Source of the DNA: Selaginella moellendorffii
Taxonomy: Eukaryota; Plantae; Lycopodiophyta
NCBI RefSeq assembly: GCF_000143415.4
Contig: NW_003314388.1
Span: 310,001 to 374,000 of the forward strand
Length of the DNA stretch: 64,000 nucleotides
Direction of reading: 5' to 3'
Part shown: positions 62,306 to 64,000 of the stretch, piece by piece
Layout: each line of letters starts with the position of its first letter
Numbering within the stretch: the stretch's first letter is position 1
The notes under the pieces: generated by a model
What the model saw: the letters and a program-made list of their open reading frames with translations, nothing else
Databases searched by the model: none
Told to the model about the DNA's origin: nothing
Position numbers and translations under genes: made by a program

Positions 62306-64000
62306 CCTTGGGCACTTCCATGTATCACATGTTGGTCTTTTTGTGTCCCTTTTTTAGAGACTCACTTATTGCTCGTTTCGTGCTCATTCTTCAAACACTT
62401 TATTGGGAGTTCCACTCCCACTCTAGACTTTTCGAGTTAGAGCTTTTAGTCCAAACGTGTTATGCTTATTTGGCTTTTGCTTCGGCCACTACCAGATGGC
62501 ACCCTTTCGGCTCCACTTTGGGGCATAGGGGTTTGTGTCTCACAACTCCACCTCCCATAGATGAAGTTTAATATCCTCATTGAATAGTAAATATTTTTAT
62601 AACCCCATTATGGGTTACCACTTCTTGTCCTTGGCACCTAATCAACCTCTGTCAATGGTTTGACATCGAAGGCTCACTATGCTTTGTCTATCCTCTAAGG
62701 AGCATAATCTCTCTAACATAGAGACTCATTCGATCACTTGTGCTAGTTGTTTCCCTTTTATTGGCTTAGTTTTTACTAAACCCATTAGAGGAACTATCTC
62801 CATCCCATTACTCATTCTCGAGTAGACTCAACTTCTATTGATGTAACCATTGCACTTTGGAACTTTTAATTTTGATTGCTCCTAATCAATTTCCTAGGTG
62901 TCTTCAACACCTTGCATTGCACATTTATTGCAAGCTCCACTCCCCCATCCTAGGAAGTTTTGTATTTGAGGACACCATCATCCTCTTTTCTATTTTATGC
63001 CACTCTAGGCACTAAGTTCCATTTACCCATAATTTGTGCTAGGGTTGTCCATGACCCTATCATTTAGCTACCTTGCCACTCCCTCCTTTGGAGCTTTTTC
63101 CTTTGCCAAATTTGAGCATTTGGGAACCCATCCTTGAAAACATATTTCCTTTCCCATGATTCGTTAGCATCCAACACATAAGTGTTCCTTGCTCAACTTT
63201 ATTGTTTGGATCTCTTTCAATAAATCCTATAGTTCAAACTTGGCCTCTAGTCTTTTGCTCCTATTTTTTGATTGTTACACTAAACACAAGATCACTACCT
63301 CCATCCTTGAGGTATCCTTTTGGTTACATAGCAAAGGCTCTGTTTTGCCAAATTTAAAGGGTATTCACCCCTAGTAAGTCTCCCCAATGTTTTCTACTCT
63401 AGGCTCTCTCTATGGCCCAACTTTGCAACCCACCCAAGGGTTTTCCTTGGAGACAATTTTTTTGAACTCATAATACCATTGTATCATTATAGTTCATTTC
63501 CATTAGATGTTCTTCCCACATAGTCACATTGACTAAGCCACACCATTATCAATAGTTCAAATCAACACTTTGAACAAGGAACTTTACTCCTCAACCTCAT
63601 AAGCACCTCGTCCTTGCTTAGTCAGAAGATCACCTAGTGATCTAATCTTAACACCTCAACAGGTTTGCTAATAAGTATTAGGTCTTCCAAAACTTTTAGG
63701 TTGTTAACTATGACCCCAGGGTCATCTCCCACACTTGGCAGTGCACCTAAGCCAGCCCTTCTGGCTAAGGATCAAAATTGGGTGTCCTCATCTCATTCAC
63801 CACGTCTTTGATGCTATTTGCACCAAAGTGTTCAAATTAGATATGCCGAGCTTTTACACTAAAAAATCTAACCGTGCATCACAACTTTGGGGCATCCTCC
63901 GCTTGGCGGTGTGCCCAAGCCAATCTCTTCATTGAGAGTCCATGACCACTGAAATATGAGCGTCCTTATATTACTATACCCTACTGATTTGGGACTCGAA

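Noticed and set aside
62600-64000. Retroelement pol remnant upstream of the 60982-61929 LTR
   Set aside because: Plausible from context, but I could not read a convincing domain motif.

Overview
This is eukaryotic land-plant nuclear DNA. The dense genes, ~50-100 bp GT-AG introns and PLS-type PPR style suggest the lycophyte Selaginella (inference). The left third (1-24 kb) is gene-rich. It holds a 7-exon receptor-like cytoplasmic kinase, a PLS-class PPR gene and a decayed Crinkler/RHS-type NTPase+nuclease gene. It also holds an apparently intact 2-exon P-loop NTPase + PD-(D/E)xK-like nuclease + helix-extension-helix gene (13755-15906), which sits between a DEAD-box helicase gene (RH17/DBP7-like) and broken copies of that helicase. 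These are followed by tRNA-Pro(AGG), a CBSX gene and a GRDP gene. The tRNA-CBSX-GRDP block is tandemly duplicated at about 34.3-46.3 kb, where all copies are pseudogenes. The rest is nested LTR retroelements: a complete 5S-rRNA-carrying Cassandra-type TRIM, a short-LTR Ty3/Gypsy element, a 7.3-kb non-coding LARD-like element, solo LTRs, a Tat-like remnant with an extra RNase H, and a C-to-T-eroded Gypsy copy. There is also a 96-bp nested-palindrome tandem array with internal inversions. The best candidate for an undescribed system is the plant Crinkler-like NTPase-nuclease locus. All alignments and counts were made by eye; no searches were run.
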